A stretch of DNA of 64,000 bases. Source: Octopus sinensis. Taxonomy: Eukaryota. The position numbers were made by a program, and so were the translations under genes. Numbering within the stretch: the stretch's first letter is position 1; the number at the start of each line of letters is the position of its first letter. The stretch is taken from positions 156,798,001 to 156,862,000 of the forward strand of contig NC_042999.1 in NCBI RefSeq assembly GCF_006345805.1, in the 5' to 3' direction. Positions 1 to 12,206 of the stretch are shown here, piece after piece. The notes beneath the pieces are model-generated. The model ran no database searches. It was not told the origin of the DNA and saw only the letters and a program-made list of their open reading frames with translations.

Positions 1-135
1 ATACTACACTTGATCAGGTATATGTTTCACAAGGAAGAAATTTAAAGATTACAGACCCAAGTTTAGAAAAATACATGTGATCAGCAATTGGTAGGTTGTG
101 ATTCCAATTCTGACTGGGATGAGTCAGTAGCTCAG

Positions 136-157
136 ATTATTATTATTATCATTATTA

Positions 158-194
<37 letters not shown>

Positions 195-256
195 CATTAT
201 TATTATTATTATTATTATCATTATTATTATTATCATTATTATTATTATTATCATTA

Positions 257-289
<33 letters not shown>

Positions 290-315
290 CATCATCATTA
301 TTATTATTATCATCA

Positions 316-349
<34 letters not shown>

Positions 350-404
350 CATTATTATTATTATTATTATTATCATTATTATTATATTATTATTATTATT
401 ATTA

Positions 405-444
<40 letters not shown>

Positions 445-528
445 CATCATCATTATTATTATTATCGTCATTATTATTATTATTATCATTATTATTATTA
501 TATTATTATTATTATTATTATTATTGTT
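136..528. repeat. Long (ATT)n/(ATC)n trinucleotide microsatellite, ~390 bp
   Basis: Direct reading; explains poly-I/L/Y ORFs 88..636 and 382..564. Confidence 0.98.
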
Positions 529-885
529 ATCTTTTTTTTCCTCTTCTTTCAAATTTGCTTTCATTTCTTGCCGAGTGTCTTCCCGACTCCTAGGGCAAAG
601 AAACTCATAGTATACATTGGTAGACCATTAAACTAAACTCACTAGTTCATTCATTTTTTTTTTTTTAAGTTAAATTAAAATACATGGGTAGTAATAGTTC
701 TCACATCGACAATGCTATTCTCAATACGTGTGATGTACCAGTTAAGACAAACTTTTGCACTTCTTGCAGGGATGGTAAGCCAGGGATCATTCTCATATAA
801 TTTTCGGTTCCCTTCTTGATCATTCTTAGTGCTCCTACGATCACATGCTCATTGAAATTGAGAAAATTTTAGCTTCTCAAGGCGG

Positions 886-899
886 TTGTTATTATTATT

Positions 900-965
<66 letters not shown>
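886..965. repeat. (ATT)n microsatellite
   Basis: Direct reading. Confidence 0.95.
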
Positions 966-966
<1 letters not shown>

Positions 967-1024
967 GGTGTTGAGCTTGTATAACCCACAAACCTAGGTC
1001 AGCATAGTTTGATGCTATGTTTTA

Positions 1025-1202
1025 AAAAGCACCCACTACACTCACGGAGTGGTTGGTGTTAGGAAGGGCATCCAGCCGTAGAAACACTGCCAGATTTGAC
1101 TGGGCCTGATGAAGCCTTCTGGCTTCACAGACCCCAGTAGAACCGTCCAACCCATGCTAGCATGGAAAACGGATGCTAAACGACGATGATGATGATGATG
1201 AT
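1025..1202 (+). mobile_element. 5'-truncated 3' end of RTE-type LINE (or SINE sharing its tail)
   Basis: AAAAGCACCCACTACACTC..GGAAGGGCATCCAG..CCAACCCATGCTAGCATGG..(GAT)n tail, same as the tail following the RTE C-terminal coding region at 34180-34985. Confidence 0.85.
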
Positions 1203-1289
1203 AGTAAATTTTGCTCCCAAGAATCATTCTTCACCTTCCTTATCATTTAGCCAGCTATCTATTGCTTTTGTAAATGTTTACCATTCAGA

Positions 1290-1560
1290 TCCATATATCA
1301 ATATTTTGCAGAATAGAGCATCTCTAAAAATCTGTATTTAGTAGATTTATTTCCTATATAGTGGGCATATTCTTGGTTGTTGACCATTCCAGTTCTAGTT
1401 CAATTCTTACTTTAACATCTCTCTTTCAGCTTTCTATTAATGACCCTAGATATCTGAAGTCATTTTTTAAATTCTTCCTTTGGTTAATAGAATACCATAA
1501 AAATCTGATATTAGTCAATTATTATGTACTGTACTTGAATTATAGAAAGCTTTTAAAATC
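1290..1560 (-). pseudogene. Decayed LINE reverse-transcriptase C-terminal fragment
   Basis: Translates to NDFRYLGSLIES*KRDVKVRI, the post-YADD FxYLGS..D...RI motif of RTE/L2-type RTs, with stops. Confidence 0.6.
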
Positions 1561-2941
1561 CTGCAATTGATAAGAATAATATTTTTAAAAAGCTGCAGCA
1601 GAATTTAGATAAAATACTATTCAGTGCATAAATTACATGCAAACTTTGCAGTTGACAGCAGACCCCAAAAGGATAGAATTTGCAGTTTTTAGTTACAGCC
1701 ATTAGTTGTTCATCTTGTGTTCTCTACAGAAAATTTTGAACTTTATACACCAGATCCTTTCATATTGTGATTAAATGTGTTATGCAATATTTGACATTAC
1801 AGCCAAATTTTATTAGTTTCTGTAAGGAGCACATGCTTTTTATAGATATAGTACTAACATTTCGATAGATGTTACATATTTTGTAAAACAATGACAATTA
1901 GGGACACCTTTTGTCAGAAGCCATAATATGTTACTGTATTCGATAAGCAATTTGAATTGTAAATATAGTTTTAAAAGATGTTTATATTGCTAATGTTAAT
2001 CTCCCATTGTCTTTGAATGATTATATTCATATGAACATGACATGTGACAATGCAATTTCTTAAACATACCCATAAAATTGTTTGGGTTATTTAATTAATA
2101 AAGTGTTAGACAATAAGCTTAGTCAAGCTGGATACAATCATAAAACAATGAAGGCATTGATTTCGCCAGTTTATTGCTGAGATATTTCATTGCTATTATA
2201 TAAAAATGGCACATCCTGCTACTATGACAACAGTAACCTATTATTCTCAAGAAATCACAAATTTCATAAACTTTGAAGACAAAAGTAGTTCTGAAAATAA
2301 ATATAACTCTTCTCAGCGAAAACATTAGAACAACACTTTAAATATGAGTGCATGTGTGTGTCTGTGTATACACACACAAACACACACACACACACACATA
2401 CACACATAACATACATGCAATATGTACTCTTGTATATTTACTTTATATTAGAAACAAGCTTCCAGATATAAAGTCAGTTTGATAAGAGCTATGCAAGAAA
2501 CTCAAGTTACTTTCCGGTCAACAAAAATTATAAAATAGTATATTTATTCATCTACTGAATTCTATTTCTTCTATTTGAAGTATCAAATATATAATTAATA
2601 CATACATACAGAGTTTGATAAGTGCATGCTACTTATCACATTGACTTCAAATCTGAAAGTTTGTTTCTAATACGTAAAAAAACAAGCTTCTACATTTGAA
2701 GTCAATATGAACCATTTTTGCCTTATATATATTTTTCAAATAGTCTGGCTATTAAACAGAATGAGGTCTTGAGATGAGATAGAATGCAGTAAAGGAAATG
2801 CATATGCATATGCATACACAAATATGCATACACAAACACACATATAGCATGACATTCAGGTCTACATATGCATCAATTTTCACATATGAACAAGTATCAA
2901 TGTAGAAATATACATGAGTTTCATGTAAATAGAATTAGAAT

Positions 2942-4025
2942 TACTGTAAAAACCCATGTAATTTGCACACCTGTGTAATTTACGCAGGTGATTTTCAGGA
3001 TAAAAATTATTAAAGAAAGGCTTTTGCTCACGTAAAATTTGTGCCCAAAAGTTTTCAGAATTGCCGATATGGCCCGGGGGGGGGGGGAGGTTTTCAATTT
3101 AGTTGTATTTAGCATAATTTCACTTACTTATGATTAGATTTTATTAAATTTTCATTAAATAAAAATAATTTCTGTTTAACAGGTATCACATTGAAAGCTA
3201 TTAAATTACAAAGTGTTTGTGTTGTCTATATAAATGAAATCGGGGTTTTGCGGGACTGACATGTGTCAGTGCATTTTACTCATTCGGTATAGCTTCCTTC
3301 TCTTCCCTTATGAGACTGACAATGTCAGTCTGCTTTAGCCACTTAGTTTACCCTCCTCCTCCCTCAATCTTAGCATTCCAATAATAAAAATAAATAAATG
3401 AAAAATATAACACTGATTGTGTGTGTGTGTGTGTGTGTGTCTGTGTGTATATAACTATATGAGACTTTGTGTTTAAATGTGTTTGTGTATGTACACATAA
3501 CTGTATGAGACTGTGTGTGTTTGTGTGTACGTGCATACATGTAGCTGTATGAGAGTGTGTTTGCATGTCTCTGCATAAATGGAAATAACCAAAGTATTAT
3601 TTTACAAATTGTGAGCATGCATATATGATATAATGAAGGAAATAGTTGTATACAATGCTCAGGTGCACGACTACTAAAAGAAAAAAACATCAAGTGTACT
3701 GCTGTCAGATTTCAGGAAGCATTGAAGTTTCGAAGGATGTAGTGTCTTGACAACTAACAACTGATGCAGGTAGTTTATTCTGGGCTTCAGCAATTCTGGG
3801 TATGAAAAATTGTTTCCGAAAATCATGGGTGTTGTGTTGTTTTGGGATTTTATAAGCATATGCATAGAATTCAAAAAGGTACCCAAGATTGTTGTTGGAA
3901 AGATGGTGGATAATCTTATTTATAATAAACTTTATTTTACATTTCTTGCCCTCGAGAGATTATGTCCGATCTTTAGCATACTGCTGTATGTCTTCTCAAA
4001 CCACGATCACAGGAAAAATTGTTGA
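2942..4025 (+). mobile_element. Partial pogo/Tigger-like DNA transposon relic interrupted by (GT)n repeats
   Basis: Starts TA-CTGTAAAAACCCATGTAATT; 2942-3225 and 3920-4025 are homologous to the copy at 22077-23408. Confidence 0.65.
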
Positions 4026-4039
4026 TAAAAATTATCAAC

Positions 4040-5033
4040 AAAAACAAAGCTGATAAATAGCCATCAACAACTTCTATTCCTCAACATCCTCATTAAGAAA
4101 TCCAACAACAAAATAGAAACAGACGTATACTATAAGCCCACAGACTCCAAGCAATATCTACTGTTCAACTCATACCACCCCAGATACACTAGAATAGATA
4201 TTCCTTTCAACCTGGCAAAAAGGAATTGTACTGTAGTAACTGATACAAGCACCAGGGACATATGAGTACATGAACCAAAGCATACACTCATCATCAGGAA
4301 CTACCCACCATTACTAACTGATATAGGTTTTCAACGTGCTCTACAACCCAACATCCACAAACTCAGACATCCCAAAGTAAAGAAAGATTTAAAACCAAAA
4401 GCCCTACAATACATATCCACACACAACCCCCTAAACGTTGAAGCCTTCGACACCATCCTCCAGAACATTCCTTTACTAAAAAGGGACCACAGAATGAATC
4501 AAATCCTCCAAACACACACCATCATAAAGAGCAAAAGACAACCCAAGTCAATGAAGAATCTTCAGGAACAAGCCCAAGTACACTTGTCAACAACGTTGAA
4601 ACTGTCAGTAAAAAGATGCAGTGGTATATGCGTCAACCTAATTGAGGGATCGGAATTTTCATTCAAACAGGGTCAATATTTTACAGTGAGAAACAACTTC
4701 ACATGTGCTTCGGAAAATATAATATATGTGTTAACTTGCTCAGGGTGTTGAGAGCAATACATAGGCCAAACCAAAAACAGTCTATGCCAAAGAATAACTA
4801 TACAAAAATTCCAGATGAAAATTCGGGAATACAGAAAAATAGCATTAAGCAAACACATTGACATTTGCACTACTAACAAACAACCCCACTTCAGAATGTT
4901 TCCCCTCTATAAATTCAGGGAAAATGCAACCTATAATCAGTGCATTAGTAAAGAATCATATTTTATTCTAACATATAAACCCCTTTTGAATGCTTCCACC
5001 ATAGATGTCATTACTACAAGGATCTTAGAATAA
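4040..5033 (+). pseudogene. Penelope-like element: RT C-terminus plus GIY-YIG endonuclease, frameshifted
   Basis: FLNILIKKSNNKIETDVYYKPTDSKQYLLFNSYHP and VRNNFTCASENIIYVLTCSGC.EQYIGQT motifs. Confidence 0.88.
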
Positions 5034-5399
5034 TACCCATGCAAATATTAAAAATGATATATTTAGAACTATCACTACCCAAGAATTTATTTAGAATTCC
5101 AATCATTACTGCTACAACCACAACAGGTCACTTTTAGGTCACTTGACCATTAAAGAAGATTCCAAGAACAGTCTACTACTGTCATACCACTCGTACCTTT
5201 TTTCTTTCTTTTTCTTTCTCTTCTTTTCCTACTCCTTATTTCTCCTTCTTCTTCTTCTTTGCTGTCTCTTTCTGTGGCTGCTGCTGCTGCTTAAACAATC
5301 AAAATACAGAACCAACATTCCTCTGCACCCTTATTAACTATTCCTTCAGATCTGCTATTACCTACCAGGCCTTCACAAAACTAAAAGAGAGAGACACAG

Positions 5400-5800
5400 A
5401 AAAAACAAAAATCTCCTATGTTTTTTGAAGACTATGGAAATATTTTAAAGAAGCATTTCATTTAATTTTTTTTCAATTCAGTCAAAAAGACTGAATCCAG
5501 TACTAAAATGTTCTTCATGATATATAATTTCTACATGGAAAAGGCCTGACAGAAAAAGAAACAGACTACATCACGAACTTTAAATGTAAACCCAGGCATT
5601 TTTACCGCCTCCCTAAAATACACAAGAGCAAGATAATTAATGAAGCCTGCAAACAATCACCAGGCAAATATATAAATATCCAAACGCCAGAAGACTTGAC
5701 TTTAAGATCCATTGTAGCTGGGCAGGCCTGTGAAACCCATCACCTAAGCAATTTTCTAGACATCCTACTGAAACCCCTGCTCATCGGAATTAAGTATAAA
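5400..5800 (+). pseudogene. Penelope-like element RT N-terminal fragment
   Basis: FKCKPRHFYRLPKIHKS...LRSIVAGQACETHHLSNFLDILLKPL, matching the PLE LPKIHK / RPIV motifs. Confidence 0.85.
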
Positions 5801-6499
5801 ATTCATTTGGAAATGAATTTCTATGAAATTAATGTAATAAAAGGACTTGCTCACTCCATTCTCCTTGTTTCTCATCAGTGGGTCCTATTGCTCAACCCAT
5901 TACTCTTCCTCTCTCTTACAGTAATTCCTAATATTACTCTTCCTCTTTCTTGCTTTTCTATCTCCTGCCTTATTCCCACAAAACGCTTACTCTGTGCTCT
6001 CTCCAATCCATCCTTTCCCAACAATTGATTTATTTCTTCCATCATATTTTAACTTCTACTCTTTTTGGTGGAGGAAGTGTCTCTTGTTGTGAGCAACAAA
6101 GTGACCCTACTAGTACCAGTGCCATGAACAAAGTGCCCAGTACACTCTGTAAGTGGTTAGCAAATCAAATCAAGCAGTTATACAACAGGGGTTGGGAAAA
6201 TCCTTTAGTTTTGCCAAGGAGGTAACACGTATAGAGCTGGTGCCATGAAAATATACACTCAAATCTGATTGTAGAAGCCATACCAAAACTGGGACAATGG
6301 AACAAGATATGATCCTCAGATTCATCAAATCTTGTTAAAACATCCACCCCCACACAGTATGGAAAACAGATGAAAAATGGTGAAGATTAGGATGATGATG
6401 AAATTGTGACAAGAAACAGTTGCAAAGAATCATTTAATTCAGCAAAAATGCTCAACTTCAATATTTGAAGCACAAGTGGAACATGTCAAAATTTATAGT

Positions 6500-6886
6500 G
6501 GATGGAAGCACTCCGTCGGTTACGACGATGAGGGTTCTGGTTGATCCGAATCAACGGAACAGCCTGCTCATGAAATAAACGTGTAAGTGGCTGAGCACTC
6601 CACAGACACGTGCACCCTTAACGTAGTTCTCGGGGATATTCAGCGTGACACAGAGAGTGACAAGGCTGGCCCCTTGAAATACAGGTACAACAGAAACAGA
6701 AAGTAAGAGTGAGAGAAAGTTGTGGTGAAAGAGTACAGCAGGGATCACCACCATCCCCTGCCGGAGCCTCGTGGAACTTTTAGGTGTTTTCGCTCAATAA
6801 ACACTCACAACGCCCGGTCTGGGAATCGAAACCGCGATCCTATGACCGCGAGTCCACTGCCCTAACCACTGGGCCATTGCACCTCC
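6500..6886 (-). mobile_element. tRNA-derived SINE, family B (GGAGGCGCAATGGCCCAGTGG head)
   Basis: Pol III A/B-box-like head; ~13-bp TSD CAAAATTTATAGT on both sides; homologous to 28726, 39833 and 43689 copies. Confidence 0.92.
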
Positions 6887-7417
6887 ACAAAAATTTATAG
6901 TAAATGGTTAGTTGCCAACCTTCAACTAAAATACACCATAATGCCCCTGGACCACAAGTAGCGGTAGCCTGTTGATATCGTAGCCTGTGAGCCTTCCTAC
7001 CACTTCTCCAATACATTTATAACCATCTCAACTATTCCTTTAACATCCAAGAAAATTGTAATCCTAAATATCTATAACAATTATTGTTCATATCACATGT
7101 ATATCATTGACACTATCCTTTACAAACAATTTACATGGTATCAAATATCCAGGTTTTATTTGTTTATTTATTCAGTTATTCGTTCATTAAGTTTTAATAC
7201 TGCTGCACTGAAGTGATACTAATTAAAGTGTAAATAATCTATTTATACATCAATATATATCAATAAATCTCTGCAATAAAATTCGAAACTAATCTTATTT
7301 TAACACTTTAGTATTCACATTTCTCTGTCAAAAGTAATGCTTATTTATACACATTGTTTTGAATTCATCACACATTATCTTGTAGCTTTGAGATTTTGAT
7401 GATGTGATTGTTTACTT

Positions 7418-7537
7418 TTAGACGGGCATTGTTGGGTAGGTGTGAGAGACCTGATCTGTCCAGTTTGAACATAAAGCAGGAAGAATATTTGGGCCTGATA
7501 TGGCCTGCTTGAAAACGAAAGGTTTAATATATGAAAT
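7418..7537 (-). CDS. Candidate terminal exon of unidentified host gene (phase 0: ISYIKPFVFKQAISGPNILPALCSNWTDQVSHTYPTMPV*)
   Basis: Acceptor TTTTTTATTAATGTACAG at 7538; AATAAA downstream near 7155; reading frame uncertain, could be UTR. Confidence 0.3.
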   Translation of the reverse strand: MSYIKPFVFKQAISGPNILPALCSNWTDQVSHTYPTMPV

Positions 7538-7695
7538 CTGTACATTAATAAAAAACACAATTACAGTTTAAATTATGAGAGATATGGAAAGTACTTTTCC
7601 CTAGTTTACAAGATTTTGAGAATCTGCCAAATTTACATCTGATTTAATTAAAGAATTTTTATAGTAGCTATAAATTCAAGAAACAAGCCACTCAC

Positions 7696-7731
7696 TTAAT
7701 CATTAAGCTGCTGACCTTCTAAATGGCAAAT
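7696..7731 (-). other. Candidate 36-nt exon
   Basis: GTGTCTTTAG acceptor and perfect GTGAGT donor; phase 0 reads ICHLEGQQLND*. Confidence 0.35.
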
Positions 7732-8242
7732 CTAAAGACACTTGACAAGAAAATTATTCCGTATACTTCACCACTTTAATATCCAGCAAAATATTACATG
7801 TACATACATTCTATGAATGATCTTAGGTATTTATTGCATTTACTTATTAAGTGCAAAATATTAAGTACATTGAATACATTCTGTAAATCATACATCTACA
7901 GAGAACAATAGCACTTTATATTCACATTAGATACACTGTGTATACCCGTCTTTTTCAGTTGAGGCTATCTGAGAACTGAGGCACATGAAATCACCAACTT
8001 GATGGATGGGGGTCTCTGCTGAGGTTGGTGATGGGTCCTTGTTGATTGTGAGCAATCAAGTTGTTTTTACTAGTATTCACAAGTAGTCCAACATCATATG
8101 AAGAAAGGCTGAAGACGCTCGACGACACCATGGTGATCTCATTCTCACTCACAACATCATAAGCAGAAAGTGTAACCTCTCGAAAGAGCTATTCTTCACT
8201 CCTACTCCAGAGTGTGGGCTGTGGGGTCACTCCAAAAAGCTC

Positions 8243-8483
8243 TATCTATGACAATTTCATCTCAATCGAAGGAGAGGGGCTTTCTCCGTCCAGGTTGCGG
8301 ATCTGTGGAATAAGCTGCCGGATGAGATAGTGCAGATGCTGACGACCGCTCGGTTCAAAGTCTCTCTTGACCAGAAATGGCCTGAACTCTTTGTATGACC
8401 ACCCTCCCTGTACATAACTCCCTGTCCCCCTACATGGCCTTGCTTCTGCTTTTTGAGCCAGTAAAAATTAAATTAAATTAAAA
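8243..8483 (+). mobile_element. CR1/L2-type LINE 3' end
   Basis: AFSVQVADLWNKLPDEIV (FSxRVxxxWNxLP motif) then 3' UTR and (TTAAA)n tail. Confidence 0.85.
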
Positions 8484-8599
8484 CTAAATGTGCAGCTAAT
8501 TCTAGACTATGAAGTAATTGGATATCAGTTATTTTTGAGCTGGATATCCAGTCAATCATCATCATCATCATCATCATCGTTTAACGTCCGCTTTCCATG

Positions 8600-9765
8600 C
8601 TAGCATGGGGAGGCTGTTTAGATTGTCAAGTAATGTTCTGAGGTCACAATACAGAGTGATCCCAAAGAGAAAAGGTACCAGTGTGTTCCCCAAGAGTGTT
8701 CTGGCTTTGATGCCAAAGAAACTTGTATCATCATCTGGTGACCTTACCATTGATTTGGTGTTGTTATAGAATATCATAACTACTACTGTTGTTTCCTTAG
8801 GAACACCATAGGTATTTTTTCCATTTTACCATGGTGGATGGAGCCAAAAGCCTTTGAGATATAAACACACAGTAATACTGTTTCAAGATCTCTGGCTCTT
8901 ATTCCTTTCAGCAGACAGCAAACTGTGTGTATTTGTACAAGAGTTGATCTATTTTATCTGAAGCCATTTTCATTTCTTCTCCAAACTTCCACAATTTCTG
9001 GTTGTATCCTGTTGGTTGATAAAAGTGAATTATAAAGTTTTTCAATGATGGTTGTTAGAGTGATGCCTCTGTCATTCTTTGTAAAACCCAAATTACCTTT
9101 CTTTGGAAATGGGAGTATGCAGCCTTCAGTCCATTGTAGACCATATGGCAGAAACCAAACAGAATATCATTGAATTCTCCTGTTTCCCAAACTTAAGATG
9201 GAATGTTATCAAATCCAGTTTTAATGTTGAATATGGAGTTTTTGGTTTTGTTCTATTGTTTATGGCTGAGTATAGAAATATTTTGTTTATGAGGTTTTTG
9301 TGTAGGGTGTTATTTTTTGGTGGTGGATTTTTAAGGATTTCTATTGGGATTTCCATATCATTAATTGTAGGGTTATTGAGATTTTTATTTATTTGGTGTT
9401 TGTGTGAGTTATCCTCGATATCGTTATGATTTATTAATATATTTAATTTGGAAAAGGTATTTGCCATGTGTATTGATAATTTAAATTTTTATTGGGGTGT
9501 TTAGGAAAATAATGTTTTATCAGTTTTTTCAACTCATCAATGGTGAAATCACCAGTGATATCAAGGGTATGGTCAATAAGTAATGTTATACCTGCATCAG
9601 AAATTGAGGATAAGTTCTCAAGCAAATTTTGAAAATGATTTCTCCACTTTTCTTAGAAGTTCCTGTGGATATTTAGCTTTAATTTTTGACTTGAGAGTTT
9701 TTGCACCTACTTATTTCATTTACTGTCCACCGAGACCAGTGAGGTTTGCTTGTTTGCTGCAGCAT
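8600..9765 (-). pseudogene. Decayed non-LTR retrotransposon RT (RTE-like) with a ~300-bp internal insert
   Basis: KWRNHFQNLL..FTIDELKKLIK; GCILPFPKKGNLGFTKNDRGITL; SKAFGSIHHGKM; YNNTKSMVRSPDDDT..LGNTLVPFLF. Confidence 0.85.
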
Positions 9766-9988
9766 ACTCTTTTACTCTTTTACTCTTTTACTTGTTTCAG
9801 TCATTTGACTGTGGCCATGCTGGAGCACCGCCTTTAATCGAGCAACTCAACCCCGGGACTTATTCTTTGTAAGCCCAGTACTTTATTCTATCGGTCTCTT
9901 TTACCGAACTGCTAAGTTACGGGGACGCACACACACCGGCATCGGTTGTCAAGCAATGCTAGGGGGACAAACACAGACACACAAACAC

Positions 9989-10019
<31 letters not shown>

Positions 10020-10186
10020 CATATGTACGACAGGCTTCTTTCAGTTTCCGTCTACCAAACCCACTCACAAGGTATTGGTCGGCCCGAGGCTATAGTAGAA
10101 GACACTTGCCCAAGGTGCCACGCAGTGGGACTTAACCTGGAACCATGTGGTTGGTAAGCAAGCTACTTACCACACAGCCACTCCTG
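9766..10186 (-). mobile_element. tRNA-derived SINE, family A (GGAGTGGCTGTGTGGTAAG head, internal TA/TG microsatellite, (GAGTAAAA)n tail)
   Basis: Full-length match to copies at 10732, 23441, 29541, 30198 and 38181. Confidence 0.92.
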
Positions 10187-10731
10187 GGAGAGTTGGAGGT
10201 GATGAAAGTTATGGAAAAGTTATAACCCAATTAATTAGAAACAGAATTAGACTAGATGAAATGCATCTATGGGAAAAAAAACTAATATCACAGAGACTGA
10301 AGTCATGGAAACAATTAAAATGCTCAAAAGTGGCAAGGCTACTGAGGAGGATGAAATTCTCTCTGAGATGTTAAAAGCCTTAAATAAGAAAAGTATTCTC
10401 TGGATGACTTGTATATGCCAGGTGACTTGAACCGCTAGAAAGATACCAAATCAAAGGCAATCCAAGGTGATAATCCATATTTTTTTAAATAGGGAGTCAA
10501 GGTAGAGTGTCCTAATTATAGAGGAATTTCCTCGTTGAACCTACCCACTAAAGTCTATGTAAGGTGTCTGGAAAAGAGATATAGGGAAATTGTGAAGCCC
10601 AATCTAGCTCAAGAATAGTATAGCTTCCATCCAGGACACAGCACAATTGACCAGATATTCACTCTACAACAAGTCTTTGAGAAATTATGGGAATATTGCC
10701 AACAGGTGTACACTTTACAGTTGTACATATA

Positions 10732-10922
10732 GGCACAGGAGTGGCTATATAGGTGCAGGAGTGGCTGTGTGGTTAGTAGCTTGTTTACCAACCACATGGT
10801 TCCAGGTTCAGTCCCACTGCGTGGCACCTTGGGCAAGTGTCTTCTGCTATAGCCTCGGGCCAACCAAAGCCTTGTGAGTGGTTTTGGTAGATGGAAACTG
10901 AAAGAAGCCTGTCGTATATATG

Positions 10923-10968
<46 letters not shown>

Positions 10969-11165
10969 TGTGTTTGTCCCCCTAGCATTGCTTGACAACC
11001 GATGCTGGTGTATTTATGTCCCCGTTACTTAGCGGTTCGGCAAAAGAGATCGATAGAATAAGTACTGAGCTTACAAAGACTAAGTCCCGGGGTCGAGTTG
11101 CTCGATTAAAGGCGGTGCTCCAGCATGGCCGCAGTCAAATGACTGAAACAAGTAAAAGAGTAAAG
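10732..11165 (+). mobile_element. SINE family A copy with duplicated 5' head
   Basis: AGGCACAGGAGTGGCT followed by AGGTGCAGGAGTGGCT; interrupts the RT at VYT|FVD. Confidence 0.92.
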
Positions 11166-11625
11166 AAAAAAATATCACTTTCTTTGTAGACCACAAAAAG
11201 GCATATGGTCATATGCCACAGGACATACTGTGGAGAATTTGCAGGAGTTTGGGATTAATGAGCAACTGCTGGTTGCTGTGAAGTCGCCTATACAAAATAC
11301 CATGATATTTACATTTGCACAAATGGTACTAAGTCAAAACCTTTTAATGTGGGTGTTGGACTTTGACAGGGATGCATATTGTAATTTCTCCTTTTCATGG
11401 CTTTTATAACATGTGCAGCTGTTGTCGCAATGCTGTCAAAATTGGTGGATTAGGATTGGTTGGCTGATATTTGCAGACGACATGGTGCTAGATGACTCAT
11501 CAGAAGATGATCACATGCATGCACTGAATGGGTTTGTTGTTGAGTGTTACATGGCAGGGATGAGAATTACTCTTGTGAAGACTGAGACATTGTTTTTCTC
11601 AGAGAAAGTCTTCCAAATTAAGTTA

Positions 11626-11780
11626 AGTTAAGTTAAGTTAATTTTTGGGCTCAAAAAGCAAAAAGCAAGGCCATGTAGGGGGACATGGAGTTATGTACAG
11701 GGAGGACGTTCATGTAAAGAGTTCAGGCCATTTCTGGTCAAGAGAGACTTTGAACCGAGCGGTTGTCGGCAAGTGTAATC
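11626..11780 (-). mobile_element. CR1/L2-type LINE 3' end nested in the RTE relic
   Basis: Reverse complement of 8340-8480 (TTARFKVSLDQKWPELF) with (TTAAC)n tail. Confidence 0.85.
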
Positions 11781-12206
11781 TGCATCTTAGTGGAACATCA
11801 CTGAAATAAGTGGAGAAGTTAAAGTATCTCAGGGTTGTATCCACAAGTGATGAGAAGCAGGAAGCTGGATTGTATGCTAGAATTGCAGATGTTGCAGTAA
11901 TGCCCCAGATCCAGCATTCAAACCTCAGAATAGGAAAAGTTGATAAAAAAAAAGCTAACCTCACTATCTTCAATTTGGTTTCCATGCCTATCCTTATCTA
12001 TGGTCATGAATGTCAGGTAATGATGAAATGAGTATAATTGCAAGTACAAGCAGCCAAAATGGGGTTCTTCTGAAAGATCCCTGGAGTAACATTAGCCAAC
12101 AGGATGTATAGCTCATACCTAACTTATTTCAATGATTTCATTGGAATTTCATTGCAAGATGAATACCTATGACAACAAGCAGATATTACTTATGAATATG
12201 GTTATA

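Larger units (their letters stand above)
10187..12130 (+). pseudogene. Decayed RTE-type LINE RT interrupted by a SINE and a CR1 tail
   Basis: CPNYRGISSLNLPTKVY, HSTIDQIFTLQQVFEK, FVDHKKAY, GL*QGCIL, LIFADDMVL, KLKYLRVV motifs in order. Confidence 0.9.

Noticed and set aside
88-636. 182-aa ORF and the many poly-IY/TH/VC ORFs (e.g. 33283-34284, 36827-37451, 58676-59189)
   Set aside because: Translations of microsatellites lacking stop codons; no protein signal
1100-1130. CTGATGAAGCC-TTCT-GGCTTC in RTE tails (also ~34888) as a hammerhead
   Set aside because: No GAAA follows, and other subfamily copies read CTGGTGCAGCC
1-2330. Possible plus-strand exons (donor AG|GTATAT at 17, acceptor TCTCTACAG near 1727, short open frame 2170-2328)
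   Set aside because: Phases do not join without stops and no recognisable protein results
6840-6886. tRNA-like heads of SINE families A, B and C as tRNA genes
   Set aside because: No complete cloverleaf; they continue into SINE bodies, several with TSDs
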